Source: Candidatus Omnitrophota bacterium
GTDB lineage: Bacteria; Omnitrophota; JACPQZ01
NCBI GenBank assembly: GCA_016190205.1
Contig: JACPQZ010000048.1
Coordinates: 13,943-77,942 of the forward strand
Reading direction: 5' to 3'
Length of the DNA: 64,000 nt
Part shown: positions 45,301 to 51,073 of the stretch, piece by piece
Numbering within the stretch: position 1 is the stretch's first letter
Layout: the number at the start of each line of letters is the position of its first letter
Translations under genes and position numbers: made by a program
Notes under the pieces: model-generated
The model's input: only the letters and a program-made list of their open reading frames with translations
What the model was told of the DNA's origin: nothing
The model's database searches: none

Positions 45301-47361
45301 GCAGAAGCGCTTCTCTTTGAGAGGCCTGATCTTGCCATGGGGTCAGAAGGCGCGCAGATGGAGGGGTTCGGCGATCTCCAAAGCAGCCTGTGGCCTGTGC
45401 TGGACTATATTTGGGATCGTGAACTTGTGCGCGCGCTGCGCGCTGCTCTGCTCCTCCAGGCGTTAAACCCCCCTGAATCGGAGCGCAGGCGCCGGGGCCT
45501 TCGGGAAGAGGACATCGAAAAAAGCGTTGTGGAATCTTTGAAGAACTGGGGAATCATCGAGGACAACCAGAGCCCTATGAGCCGTGAGGCCGAGCTTGCT
45601 CTTTGGCTTATTAAGAATCAGTTTAGTCTGATCGAATCACTGCGGAGAGGGGTGCAGTATGTCCCCTCCGAAATGGCGTCAGTACTGGAAAAGGAACTTG
45701 AGGGTGACCCGGACCGCTTCTCATTGCTCGTGGCCTTTACACTCATAAAACTGGCTGTGCTTCAGCCCACGAACCTGGAACAGCGCCTGCGCGACATGGC
45801 GCCCATCTTTAATATCGATCCGGTTCAGATTGCCGACCGCGAGCAGGTGAAACAGTTCATCGAGGAAGCCAACGAAAAAATCATTGCACAGCATCGGGCT
45901 GAGCTCAAGCAGTTTGAAAAGAGTGAGGAGACGGTTTGGGTTAAGGGTATGGGCGATATGCGAAAAGTGGACAGGGAGCACACGGTAGAAATTCTCATTT
46001 CCTATAAGCTCCCAGGCGGTCAGGACAGGCCGGGGATTCTGGCTGATATCGCGGCAGCGTTTCTTTCCGCGGGACTGAATGTCGAGGGCGGAACGGCGGG
46101 GCTCGGGCCGGGCGGGAAGATCTTGGACCGGTTTGTCGTAAGACCTGTTTGGGGCTTTCGTGGTCGTACCTGGCAGGGCATTCTGAATGAACTCAAGACG
46201 GCTTTGAGCAGTCTCTTAAACGGCGAGGTCAATCGGGAGGAGCTCATCAAGTCCATTAGGGCTGACGATAAAACGGCAAAGCTCATCGCGTCGGGGAGAC
46301 TGCCTCGACCCAGAAGCGATATCCCGACGGATGTTCGCATCGAAGGGGTGAAAGAGGGCGAGCGGGCGCTCACGGAGCTCCGCAGCGAGACCGCCGATTC
46401 GATGGGCCTCTTTTTCATGTCAGCAGACCTCCTCGACCTGCATAAGATCAATGTACACTGCATGGTTATCGACAATGAAGGCGATGATCCGCAGTTGCAG
46501 AAGGCAATCCAGCATTTTGAAATGACGAAGGGCGACTACCCTCTCGATCGGAAAGAGAGATCGAACATCCATGACATTTTGGAGCATGTTTTAGCCCAAA
46601 AAGACTATATTGATATCTGGATGTGGCAGTCGCCTGAGAGTGAGGCTGAAGAGCTCGCCGCAGAGGGGCCGCTCACGCCCGAGGGGGACGGTGTGGGTGT
46701 GGATGCCGAAAAGGTGCTGGGGGACCTCCGGGATGAATTAAACTTTCCCGAGGGCGATGGCTACGCGGTGGTTCAACCCATGGCGTCTGTTTTAGACGCG
46801 CGTCCTGCGCGTTTTGCAGATTCCAGGCATGTATCTCGGCTGACCATCGAGAGGGTCATGGACGCGGCGAGCGCACAAGCCCAGTCGGACCGTCACTTTG
46901 ATATCTTGATCGACGCCGTGGATGAAGACGGGGTTGAGGCCGCTAACGAGTTTGCGCCATTCCTCGAACAGCTCTCCCAGAAAATAGCGACGGTCGGGGG
47001 GCCGGAGAGCGGATTGCGTATTATCTTGGCAACAGGGGATAATGTGGAGGGCAGGCTCGATCCTATTTTTGACCGGTTGGATGTCATGAGATTCCCTGCC
47101 CGTTATCGGCCGGGGGACATGATCTCGGTTCGCGCAGTCGAGGTTTACCTGGAGCAAAAGTACAACGTCCGGATTGCCATCGATCACTTGCTGCTGCGTT
47201 TAAAGGAGCACCAGGCCCGTTGGGATGCTCCTGGCATTGTGCCCACGGTCCTCGAGATCATCCGGGATCTTAAGGACCTTGAGAATCCCGAGCTCTGGCA
47301 GGACCCGCACAAATTACCAACCCTCTACTTCGCCATGCGAAGCCATGAAGAGGCGGCTTAA
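33388..47361 (+). CDS. Giant 4657-aa secreted multi-enzyme protein: signal peptide; unknown domain; uridine kinase-like; PanB; GNAT; PTS Enzyme I; glycogen phosphorylase; GlnD; unknown C-terminal domain
   Basis: Uninterrupted 13974-bp ORF. Motifs: GGTGAGKT/RLLRKIGRD; ADMPYG/GHIG; RHMGIG; KSH/GLVRTE/FSIGQNDL; NEAH/NGVS/GTSG; GSYAR..SDID/GGLRD/DRPG. Confidence 0.92.
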   Translation: MNVNSTYLGHSKKRLRAVACLVLQVFITTALLPDSYAQDYLAPSTVFGHRGSAVDQLKTLADMSREEGRVSGKLEKAANGLMLEAAYKYEGEELTREELDKARGAHAFISRHVKDEAAEAERDDSEGVASSGDGLSDPSQTPDYHLSGPGTYFGKGDVREQLVDPYLDRVVKDPATIVIREGQVVHGPLGKVERGRYEAKFRDLEKFLGSSLKGVDFIIVDSEKAKGDYVRSSGKGRRYVPANDGDRGAIPVTRDYYHLLEKPEDGYGEHDFLITQARRHAQTGREQVFLSRRLFEDIPAFSLVRHIIRSAYHHALIRRPVPSYRTESVVRLLDGWTQFRMDERRRRPNVIRAIENEIDRFEDIIFVFLGERPRTQAERREIIARNEDRIAEARAFAGRLMTTNTWVGELNEPLGHLGTPLIDVDTGKETGEVVYLVENREPGKATRTQLLYRRGGEGPLIQIMRDNWFLHGGEFDPQKRYGYSQPEIYALKERILASPLFMPRPEQKGTPAHQRILRRRVARADWWGDVSESLSGEISRLDKKIEGERFGAHAVYVFGERLTRRTTSGVQGLGFVEVDLAKGSRELVLFDAARLDTIEQTSFPIRALDYVLDQFKAAETLVVRPRRGLEVLQGAVDELVRSGRLAPEYEKREAKAKLVRYKIVKEVPVPAAIFTRIARRIETMIGRYVILVGGGTGAGKTRGTSEIEAIEEELKNRHLPRAHNVTKVDITDYIRKKAERDGLYFRGRPDNGSPRAFYIDLLVEQIQTLLEGRAVHLPARGQGIVNTSGENRASFGQDDILVILGIYSMLEDVLWAINEVNEAPKDLEFESLAPQLIEAPYIDEKPLDDGRFLNVLRVFLDVDPDIRLLRKIGRDYREREASPLDSIRRWGYIRLIEDDHILPQARHAEFIIENVRENELEILAQDSEEGALRYLRVAYEEALEEAGGNPDRVDAWDIGNIRRLYDVLGVNFEGDIGEPSKLPRHLRDGLARGDGIQTALPDLGHPSPKELAARTKSVRRLLDETGIKLDQAVREKLESSLAQRYLGVVVGEDILREFLAEFKTRADREKWVVNLFSIESFLQNRILSYYLEHADEILRGQGDRGIVASIDVYLLPKTYTANRRLDRKKLIRRMVFLNVMSMASTGDKRLGSISCQGLAQLVFPSTNEHVYGPALEVMVEMLAAFNNTQRVQFWEGFKPLLQDAAELPRFGRALMRLAPRIVRGEIERVSRTMLSQADFLEGYRHTLEYVAALSTPVRDEMIEHAVTLAQSKDQDQAVIEFLRQTVKDLEKIGPVTPKLLQQMKRRGERITAVTVSGERDGRSVDEKGMPVALVADSEVAFEEQLTSSKDVTIRMMLPRVKESSRGIKRALLVADMPYGTYQTGPQALKNAQLFIENGARAVEIEGGREAVSAIGAVVEAGIPVMGHIGFTPHTKSEARIYGATPQERSELLLDALALEKAGAFALVLERVHPDTVRAIRGAVSVPLLGVASGNYIDGQVIRLLDLQAVRGDGVEEPGQGIQEAEFFERLAKSRGSWLPEPVKRQDGTVERVDDRHRVIWATVPHREGPLEVIFVREEKDPDGRTVLVYEVWQGGRRIDLLSEEGLRREFRWGVVRSEFGEAQEVFMHPIKLEEDARHMGIGFALVQWSSNRAFEIGAPRFTASALFNPNMQPLLARVLEPGSVNITVVREDWKKPLTVATPEEFWIAVGEVRVEGGYGVHFEVDKASPGGLKVTTNVPGLHDAENRPISFMDGERLRSTVEVDGYALRVLDPVEKDESGRPRYHSTRYSEGVLVYFSGRPVRVIRQRIFNAASNKIWTPVAAAAIKWVAGRTELGAVPLVPPWASARQAKLILREEVIHFQEAMDQVVARIKDHRHEGEPFHWLRELARDAMSRIRSDSQERVLRMLDELRDATTRQLQIARVPAHWIFRSLVRRRLEGGLRAQDPEVAQALEEIANEVTERILHRFDLAEPGASEKEVGEAVTTEIRRAERVFAEMRRRSEKAAEEAKIRGDSTEAFYIGMTGNYLDDIEKVLKTLVRTEKKRANYLLDVFFEPSRLVQVPEAEVKTLSETQQVLRDFHIKKQASAMSQAAPDIEFLLTTLVMRMAGSTSLSYKGISKDELKISVEDEVVRFEEAYQPIQKIVSEGLAGREWADFEGSIASEWKALLGPDLEKIFAQVSRGEEGSVVKFALEAPGRILERIRGTDSSTAEQAMYDVVEEWLGGGSRNAEEVAAVETIARFLMYQMEAIPSRDPAWLREPRIMVVDGLFDVRAADEKIGAYNVVGFAFTEGTSKSHVSDVLAGRNIPVMTGIPKELVALIQGGERVILDPIRGEIVLNPDDEGGEMKRRSNPELLRRAWETRFDPVVTQDGKTFRVYANVNGLENIQDLKECGAEGVGLVRTEYWYQNPVKRRTEEELEKGFLELADAVPGPVTIRLLDRATDKATPALKSEKALYGLRYLLDDPEGQEVAREEMRAAVRANLRSARKNIRIMVPMVATQEDGERIQSVWKSVIVGLRDKGALSEDDVVPPFGYMIELRSAVALVKTLARQADFFSIGQNDLVKSWFNVSRDEPLHRRYFDLLHPEILEADSEIAGSKEDCSLCGASARDPEFSLFQAVLKSQGVNLDSSVAVPGVPITKFALRSMHTGEAARLFERWLSEEKDPAELTRLAREAADRFIAAALGKEPAGEGAPEGEGDGVAGDGVAEWSGKARGDAVYDPVRNSVRFERTGDKTWIETDRSELIGKTFVTVGMEHLNPHFKYIDAVTANAKGGLAAHALAKLQGWSEIGLSKNGSYGIFPLYASPDLRQEDRKPLIHTVSYVGEPVEQVIDVNGKPLFIKVYGAGVGGNFRENIPYNVGVMYTRIAGTDVFYLYNGSVFNYLYDAPLLKVHQNRQNRFNQEAIFAKAAHLLMKILAKEDPHIVDPKFKRSLPALLHFNEAHTAPLAEMVSQDPEMSGVALVGTNHTIVDAGLERYELDKLWWGFKRAFFVLGTAEEHHYKYIVGDRIDFSKPFTTLLHKINGVSEEHGGLTRELYRRALGVDVDVASVLNGVSDFRRIPQLVQMEREGKEITPQVLLNLHKQAKREAVEDIFRRTGVRLDVNEPIVGLVRRITPYKGQYDILRWLVDVMTAPRDQTFTPDSLWRVWSEKTIGRELDNPSSNLHAIGKTVQHHLFKDRQEIRGLGLQVVVGGPEYEESWVRIFKSWSREGSHLYGRFVYVPQADHKLLVTQATGFEVTAETPWPKQEAAGTSGDDSSGNGHISVASAPGTVERAINELEYPGEGTAYTLDGARLYETPADFLSKAPADFFGVFEDTSNKWYGHLEVAAQGVSETETDYAMLVWRSYLGFHGLLEGTKAATAERMERDYVDRVYLPALKEVERLKGVPGSQGDGVQEDGIKSALTVPLHELNERLTREIEGVKGDGVDSILAEPLHDLRARLEQELQGVPDASPAAEQNDNVARQKLGSWLRRIWLRESRWIWRQNSHLPIRVRMALATELLDRLFGAIYEATQKRFGEKASEMAIVARGSYARSEIMPGSDIDVRLLVPHIDVEDLKRVEEEGGLPEKHLDCHFFAGVMNSSFPKAALLFSTVDDVVPWAGDDAKQQDNGYLEACLVTGSRALWQRWRSGTVEALQSRDTWKLHVRGVRSSWDERYRKARFLEGLHLRQPDLKDGLGGLRDYHYAYWLGLGALVFHANDLGSLAEKEVIRDEEVWRFLIDRSVVRSSEVDKVKEAYLVLLRIRAVLNQIHPDSTIMNVVDYEWVARQLGYRDGPRVDVERFLRDFRKSQETVFHFAYRVVRLIGEMADPPHVVTENRVGVPKGIKSVQVDGSLLSFGHGVRTMRQTVLEIDEKIEGPRDIAVTLFDALRYVSRHPTAVLNGAFVDALESQIAAGGPDKARLQREFGKFLDFTEGPISYGLRNLRFLRISEDPGGMLADILPFNHDLVYPMRLEPPHRLTLDMYLLRNLDVAEALLFERPDLAMGSEGAQMEGFGDLQSSLWPVLDYIWDRELVRALRAALLLQALNPPESERRRRGLREEDIEKSVVESLKNWGIIEDNQSPMSREAELALWLIKNQFSLIESLRRGVQYVPSEMASVLEKELEGDPDRFSLLVAFTLIKLAVLQPTNLEQRLRDMAPIFNIDPVQIADREQVKQFIEEANEKIIAQHRAELKQFEKSEETVWVKGMGDMRKVDREHTVEILISYKLPGGQDRPGILADIAAAFLSAGLNVEGGTAGLGPGGKILDRFVVRPVWGFRGRTWQGILNELKTALSSLLNGEVNREELIKSIRADDKTAKLIASGRLPRPRSDIPTDVRIEGVKEGERALTELRSETADSMGLFFMSADLLDLHKINVHCMVIDNEGDDPQLQKAIQHFEMTKGDYPLDRKERSNIHDILEHVLAQKDYIDIWMWQSPESEAEELAAEGPLTPEGDGVGVDAEKVLGDLRDELNFPEGDGYAVVQPMASVLDARPARFADSRHVSRLTIERVMDAASAQAQSDRHFDILIDAVDEDGVEAANEFAPFLEQLSQKIATVGGPESGLRIILATGDNVEGRLDPIFDRLDVMRFPARYRPGDMISVRAVEVYLEQKYNVRIAIDHLLLRLKEHQARWDAPGIVPTVLEIIRDLKDLENPELWQDPHKLPTLYFAMRSHEEAA

Positions 47362-47372
47362 CGTGTTAGAAG

Positions 47373-47774
47373 CTAGCGTTTAAATAACTTGAGCGGTGCA
47401 TGGCGGGCGATCAAGTCGAAATGGCGGTCGTAGTGAAGGAGCGCGCAGTGGTAGTGCATAGCTACGGCTGCGATAACGACATCCGTCGTGGGTATCGTAA
47501 ATCCCCTGCGTCTTAGATTAAACGACAGTTGCGAGGTTTCTTCCCACAAGGACTCCTTTATGGGAAGGTTGTGCACTCGGTCCAAATCCAGTTGGAGAGT
47601 CGTGTATTGCTCGGCATCGTGAGCTCCTTGCAAAAGTTCCAGTCGTATGATCCCACAGGTCGCGGCCAGATTTTTGGTGAGGGCATCTGCGAGAGCGGTC
47701 TGAACAATGGGGTTGCCGCTCGATGGAAAGGACTCGATCCAGGCTGACGTGTCTATGAGAAGATACGAAAACAT
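47373..47774 (-). CDS. vapC: VapC PIN-domain toxin
   Basis: LIDTSAWI, ELLQG, TDVVIAA, DRHF. Confidence 0.93.
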   Translation of the reverse strand: MFSYLLIDTSAWIESFPSSGNPIVQTALADALTKNLAATCGIIRLELLQGAHDAEQYTTLQLDLDRVHNLPIKESLWEETSQLSFNLRRRGFTIPTTDVVIAAVAMHYHCALLHYDRHFDLIARHAPLKLFKR

Positions 47775-47977
47775 TAATCCATCGCTCGCAATTTTTCCAG
47801 ATCTTTCTGGGTCATTCCAAAACGAGTGTGTCCAATCATGTTTCGGAGTCTCTGCCGGCTTTTCATACCGACATAGGCGCGCAAGGCCTCGAGCACCGCT
47901 TCACGTTTTGTACGCGCGTTCCCCAGCTTCATAGCTTGCTGCAAAAGCTTTTCATCCAGATCGATCAGTGTTTTCAT
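47774..47977 (-). CDS. vapB: VapB (RHH) antitoxin
   Basis: MKTLIDLDEKLL...TKREAVLEAL; coupled to vapC. Confidence 0.92.
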   Translation of the reverse strand: MKTLIDLDEKLLQQAMKLGNARTKREAVLEALRAYVGMKSRQRLRNMIGHTRFGMTQKDLEKLRAMD

Positions 47978-47994
47978 TGAGCCCTCCTGCTCTC

Positions 47995-48047
47995 TGTATA
48001 TAAAATATACACGGTTTTGTATATACTGTCAAGGGCAGTGTTATAAT
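47995..48047. promoter_or_regulatory. Back-to-back promoters: vapBC (- strand) with operator palindrome, and tilS (+ strand, likely leaderless)
   Basis: Minus-strand TTGACA 48032-48027, 17 nt, TATATT 48009-48004; TGTATA-n5-TATACA 47995-48011; plus-strand TGnTATAAT 48039-48047, 5 nt before ATG 48053. Confidence 0.7.
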
Positions 48048-48052
48048 ACCCG

Positions 48053-49465
48053 ATGATGACTGCTCAAGACCCTCTTAGCTCGCACGTGCTTCAGGAAATC
48101 AAGACCCGCAAGCTTTTGCTCCCGGGGGAGAAGATTGTCCTGGCTGTCTCGGGCGGTCCTGATTCCATGGCCCTCTTGCATGCTTTTTGCACATTCCGGA
48201 CAGCGCTTCACCTCAATCTTACCGTTGCTCATCTCGATCACTGTTTGAGGAAGGGTTCAAAACAAGACGCGGAGTTTGTGAAGTCCGCATGCCGGGTTCT
48301 CAACGTCCCTTTTGTGTCTGGGCGCGCGGATGTGAGACGGTTCGCCCGTACCAGGAAGTTGTCCATTGAAGATGCCGCGCGCAGGCTTCGTTACCGGTTC
48401 CTCGTCAAGGCGGCGAAGAAAGCGGGGGCGCGAAAAATCGTAACGGCGCACACGCAGGATGATCAGGCCGAAACTGTAGTCTTGCAGCTCGTTCGCGGGG
48501 CGGGGCTGTCTGGGGCAAGTGGGATGGACTGGAGCGGTCCGGTGGGCACTGGTCAGTCGCGCGCAGTACGGCTTGTCAGGCCTTTTTTGAGCACCCCGCG
48601 CGCGGAGATCCTAAAATTTTTGCGGCGTTGCCGCATCAGGTTTAGAGAAGACCCCACCAATTCGAGCAGGCGTTTTAAGCGCAACCGCCTTCGGCACGAT
48701 GTGATGCCGCTGCTTAAGCGTTTGAACCCGAGGGCAGTGAAGCATCTGGCGACCTTTGCAGAAATCCTCTCGACTGGAAAAGAATATATCGACCGTGTGA
48801 CCGAAGGAGTTTTTACTCGGTTGGCTCATGAGCGCCCGGGACGCTGTCAATTCCAGCGGTCTGAGTTCATAAAATTGCCGCGGGCCATCCAGCAGGGTCT
48901 TTTCCGGCAGGCTGTCGCCCGGCTCGGAGGAGAAGAGGCCAGTCTGAATTTCCGTCATTGGCAGCTGTTCCACCAAGCTCTGTACAAAGAGGGCGTGCCA
49001 GCCCTCCTTCACTTCCCGCGTTCCATCGAGGTCGGGCTCGACGACCGAGTGGTCAGTTTTTCAAAAACCCGCCCTGCCAAGAAGATTCGTAGCGTGAGCA
49101 TTCCTAAAGTGAGGTCGGGTGAGGTTGCTTTCGCTGACCGGACGATCACGTTTAACATGTTTCCACGGACTAGGAGGCTTTTTCCGAGAGGACGAGCCGG
49201 TGAGGCGTGGCTTGACGCTGAAAGGGTCTGGTTTCCCATTCAGGTGCGCACACGGCGGCCGGGCGACCGGTTTATTCCCCTCGGAATGAGGCAATCAAAA
49301 AAGCTCCAGGATTTTTTAGTGGATGAAAAAGTCCCGCGCTCGGAGCGCGATTCCCTGCCCATTTTTCAGGACCGGAGGCAGATTGTCTGGGTGGGGGGGA
49401 AACGCCTCGCAGACTCCGTCAAGATCACCCCTCAAACCCGCCAGGTGCTTAGGATTTCCCTCTGA
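48053..49465 (+). CDS. tilS: tRNA(Ile)-lysidine synthetase
   Basis: SGGPDS, AHTQDDQAET, EDPTN, RNRLR, TilS-C domain. Confidence 0.96.
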   Translation: MMTAQDPLSSHVLQEIKTRKLLLPGEKIVLAVSGGPDSMALLHAFCTFRTALHLNLTVAHLDHCLRKGSKQDAEFVKSACRVLNVPFVSGRADVRRFARTRKLSIEDAARRLRYRFLVKAAKKAGARKIVTAHTQDDQAETVVLQLVRGAGLSGASGMDWSGPVGTGQSRAVRLVRPFLSTPRAEILKFLRRCRIRFREDPTNSSRRFKRNRLRHDVMPLLKRLNPRAVKHLATFAEILSTGKEYIDRVTEGVFTRLAHERPGRCQFQRSEFIKLPRAIQQGLFRQAVARLGGEEASLNFRHWQLFHQALYKEGVPALLHFPRSIEVGLDDRVVSFSKTRPAKKIRSVSIPKVRSGEVAFADRTITFNMFPRTRRLFPRGRAGEAWLDAERVWFPIQVRTRRPGDRFIPLGMRQSKKLQDFLVDEKVPRSERDSLPIFQDRRQIVWVGGKRLADSVKITPQTRQVLRISL

Positions 49466-49639
49466 TAGCGGCAGACACACCAGGGTGTCTGGCTCTTGCG
49501 AACCTACAAGTTTTGCCTCTCTTCACGGGTTGAATGAAACAATCACTCAATGATATACTAAATAGGTTTAATCTATTGTATGGTCACACTATACAAATCA
49601 ATTTAACCGATATGCTATTTGTAACTCTACTTGGTTATA

Positions 49640-51073
49640 ATGAGCGAGCCCGAGGAGCGACGACGTAAGTTAGAAGAAATAAAGAAGTTAGGGATCGATC
49701 CCTATGGCCACAGGTGGCAGGATAAAGAAGATGTGGTGTCGCTCCTTGAAAATTTCGATGAAGCGAGGGTCGTTCGGTCGGCAGGGCGCATTACCGCCTT
49801 GCGCTCGCACGGGAAAACTCTCTTCGCAGACATGTGCGACGCTCGCGCAAAGATTCAGCTTTATTTTAAAAAAGCGGAGCTTGGGGAAAAGGCCCCGCTC
49901 GTGGATCTCTTGGACATGGGGGATTTTTTGGGTGTTCAGGGAAGGCTTTTTAAGACACGCATGGGAGAGAAATCGATTCATGTGGATTCCTTTTCCATTC
50001 TCTCCAAAAGCCTGCACCCCCTGCCCGAAAAGTGGCACGGCCTGAAGGACCCCGAGACCCGGCTTCGGCAGAGGTACCTGGATCTCGCATCCAGCGAAGA
50101 GAGCCGTCGGGTCTTTGAGATACGCTCGGAAATCTTGCGCCAGACGCGCGGTTATCTGAATTCGCTTGGGTTTCAGGAGGTCGAGACCCCCATTGTCCAG
50201 CCCCTGGCGGGCGGGGCAGCGGGTGAGCCACTGGTGACTCACCTGGATGTCTATGACCTGGATCTTTACTTGCGCATCGCCCCGGAGCTTTATCTTAAAC
50301 GGCTGCTCGTGGGCGGAATGGAAAAGATCTATGAGATTGGAAAGAGTTTCCGGAACGAGGGGATTTCGACGCGGCACAACCCGGAATTTACGATGCTGGA
50401 GGCCTATCAGGCGTACGCAGACTACACCGATATGATGGGGCTCGTGAAGGGACTCATTCAGCACTGCGCGAAAGAAGTGAGAGGTGCCTTGGAGATCGAA
50501 TACGGCGGCCGAACGCTTGATTTCTCAAGTTTCGAGACGGTTTCTTTCGCCGAGCTCATGCAGGAGCATTTTGACATCACCCCCTCGGATCCGCTCGACA
50601 CGTGGGTTAAGAGGCTTCGCAAGAAGGGGGTGGAGGTGCCCGGGGAAACGCCCAGCCGCACCGCCCTAATCAATCTCGTCGCGGAACTGATCGAGCCGAA
50701 GGCCCGTTCGTCGCCCACCTTCGTGGTGGACTTTTTTACGGAGCTTTCTCCGCTCGCGCGCTCCAAGAAGGAGAATCCCCACGTGGCGGAGCGGTTTGAA
50801 CTTTACATCGGAGGCCTGGAAGTGGCGAACGCGTATACGGAGCAAAATGACCCGGAGATTCAGCGCGAGCGCTTTCTGGAACAGAAGAGGCTCGCCGGAG
50901 CCAGGCAGATCGATGAAGACTATATTCTTGCATTGGAATACGGCATGCCTCCTGCCGGGGGACTGGGGGTCGGCATGGACCGGCTCGCGATGCTCTTGAG
51001 CAACTCTTCGACGATACGGGACGTGATCTTATTCCCGCAATTGCGTCCGGCAACGACGGGGGCGAAGCCGTGA
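49640..51073 (+). CDS. lysS: Lysine--tRNA ligase (class II)
   Basis: LRIAPELYLKRL, FRNEG..RHNPEFT, YGMPPAGGLGVGMDRL. Confidence 0.97.
   Translation: MSEPEERRRKLEEIKKLGIDPYGHRWQDKEDVVSLLENFDEARVVRSAGRITALRSHGKTLFADMCDARAKIQLYFKKAELGEKAPLVDLLDMGDFLGVQGRLFKTRMGEKSIHVDSFSILSKSLHPLPEKWHGLKDPETRLRQRYLDLASSEESRRVFEIRSEILRQTRGYLNSLGFQEVETPIVQPLAGGAAGEPLVTHLDVYDLDLYLRIAPELYLKRLLVGGMEKIYEIGKSFRNEGISTRHNPEFTMLEAYQAYADYTDMMGLVKGLIQHCAKEVRGALEIEYGGRTLDFSSFETVSFAELMQEHFDITPSDPLDTWVKRLRKKGVEVPGETPSRTALINLVAELIEPKARSSPTFVVDFFTELSPLARSKKENPHVAERFELYIGGLEVANAYTEQNDPEIQRERFLEQKRLAGARQIDEDYILALEYGMPPAGGLGVGMDRLAMLLSNSSTIRDVILFPQLRPATTGAKP

Noticed and set aside
33388-47361. Inteins, RTX/MARTX repeats or a cysteine protease domain in the giant protein
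   Set aside because: No intein C...HN ends, GGxGxD nonapeptide arrays, HExxH or CPD motif recognised; the MARTX comparison is only an analogy
30264-47990. tRNA-Met-integrated genomic island or prophage carrying the giant gene
   Set aside because: No integrase, phage genes or duplicated tRNA 3' end seen; GC similar to flanks
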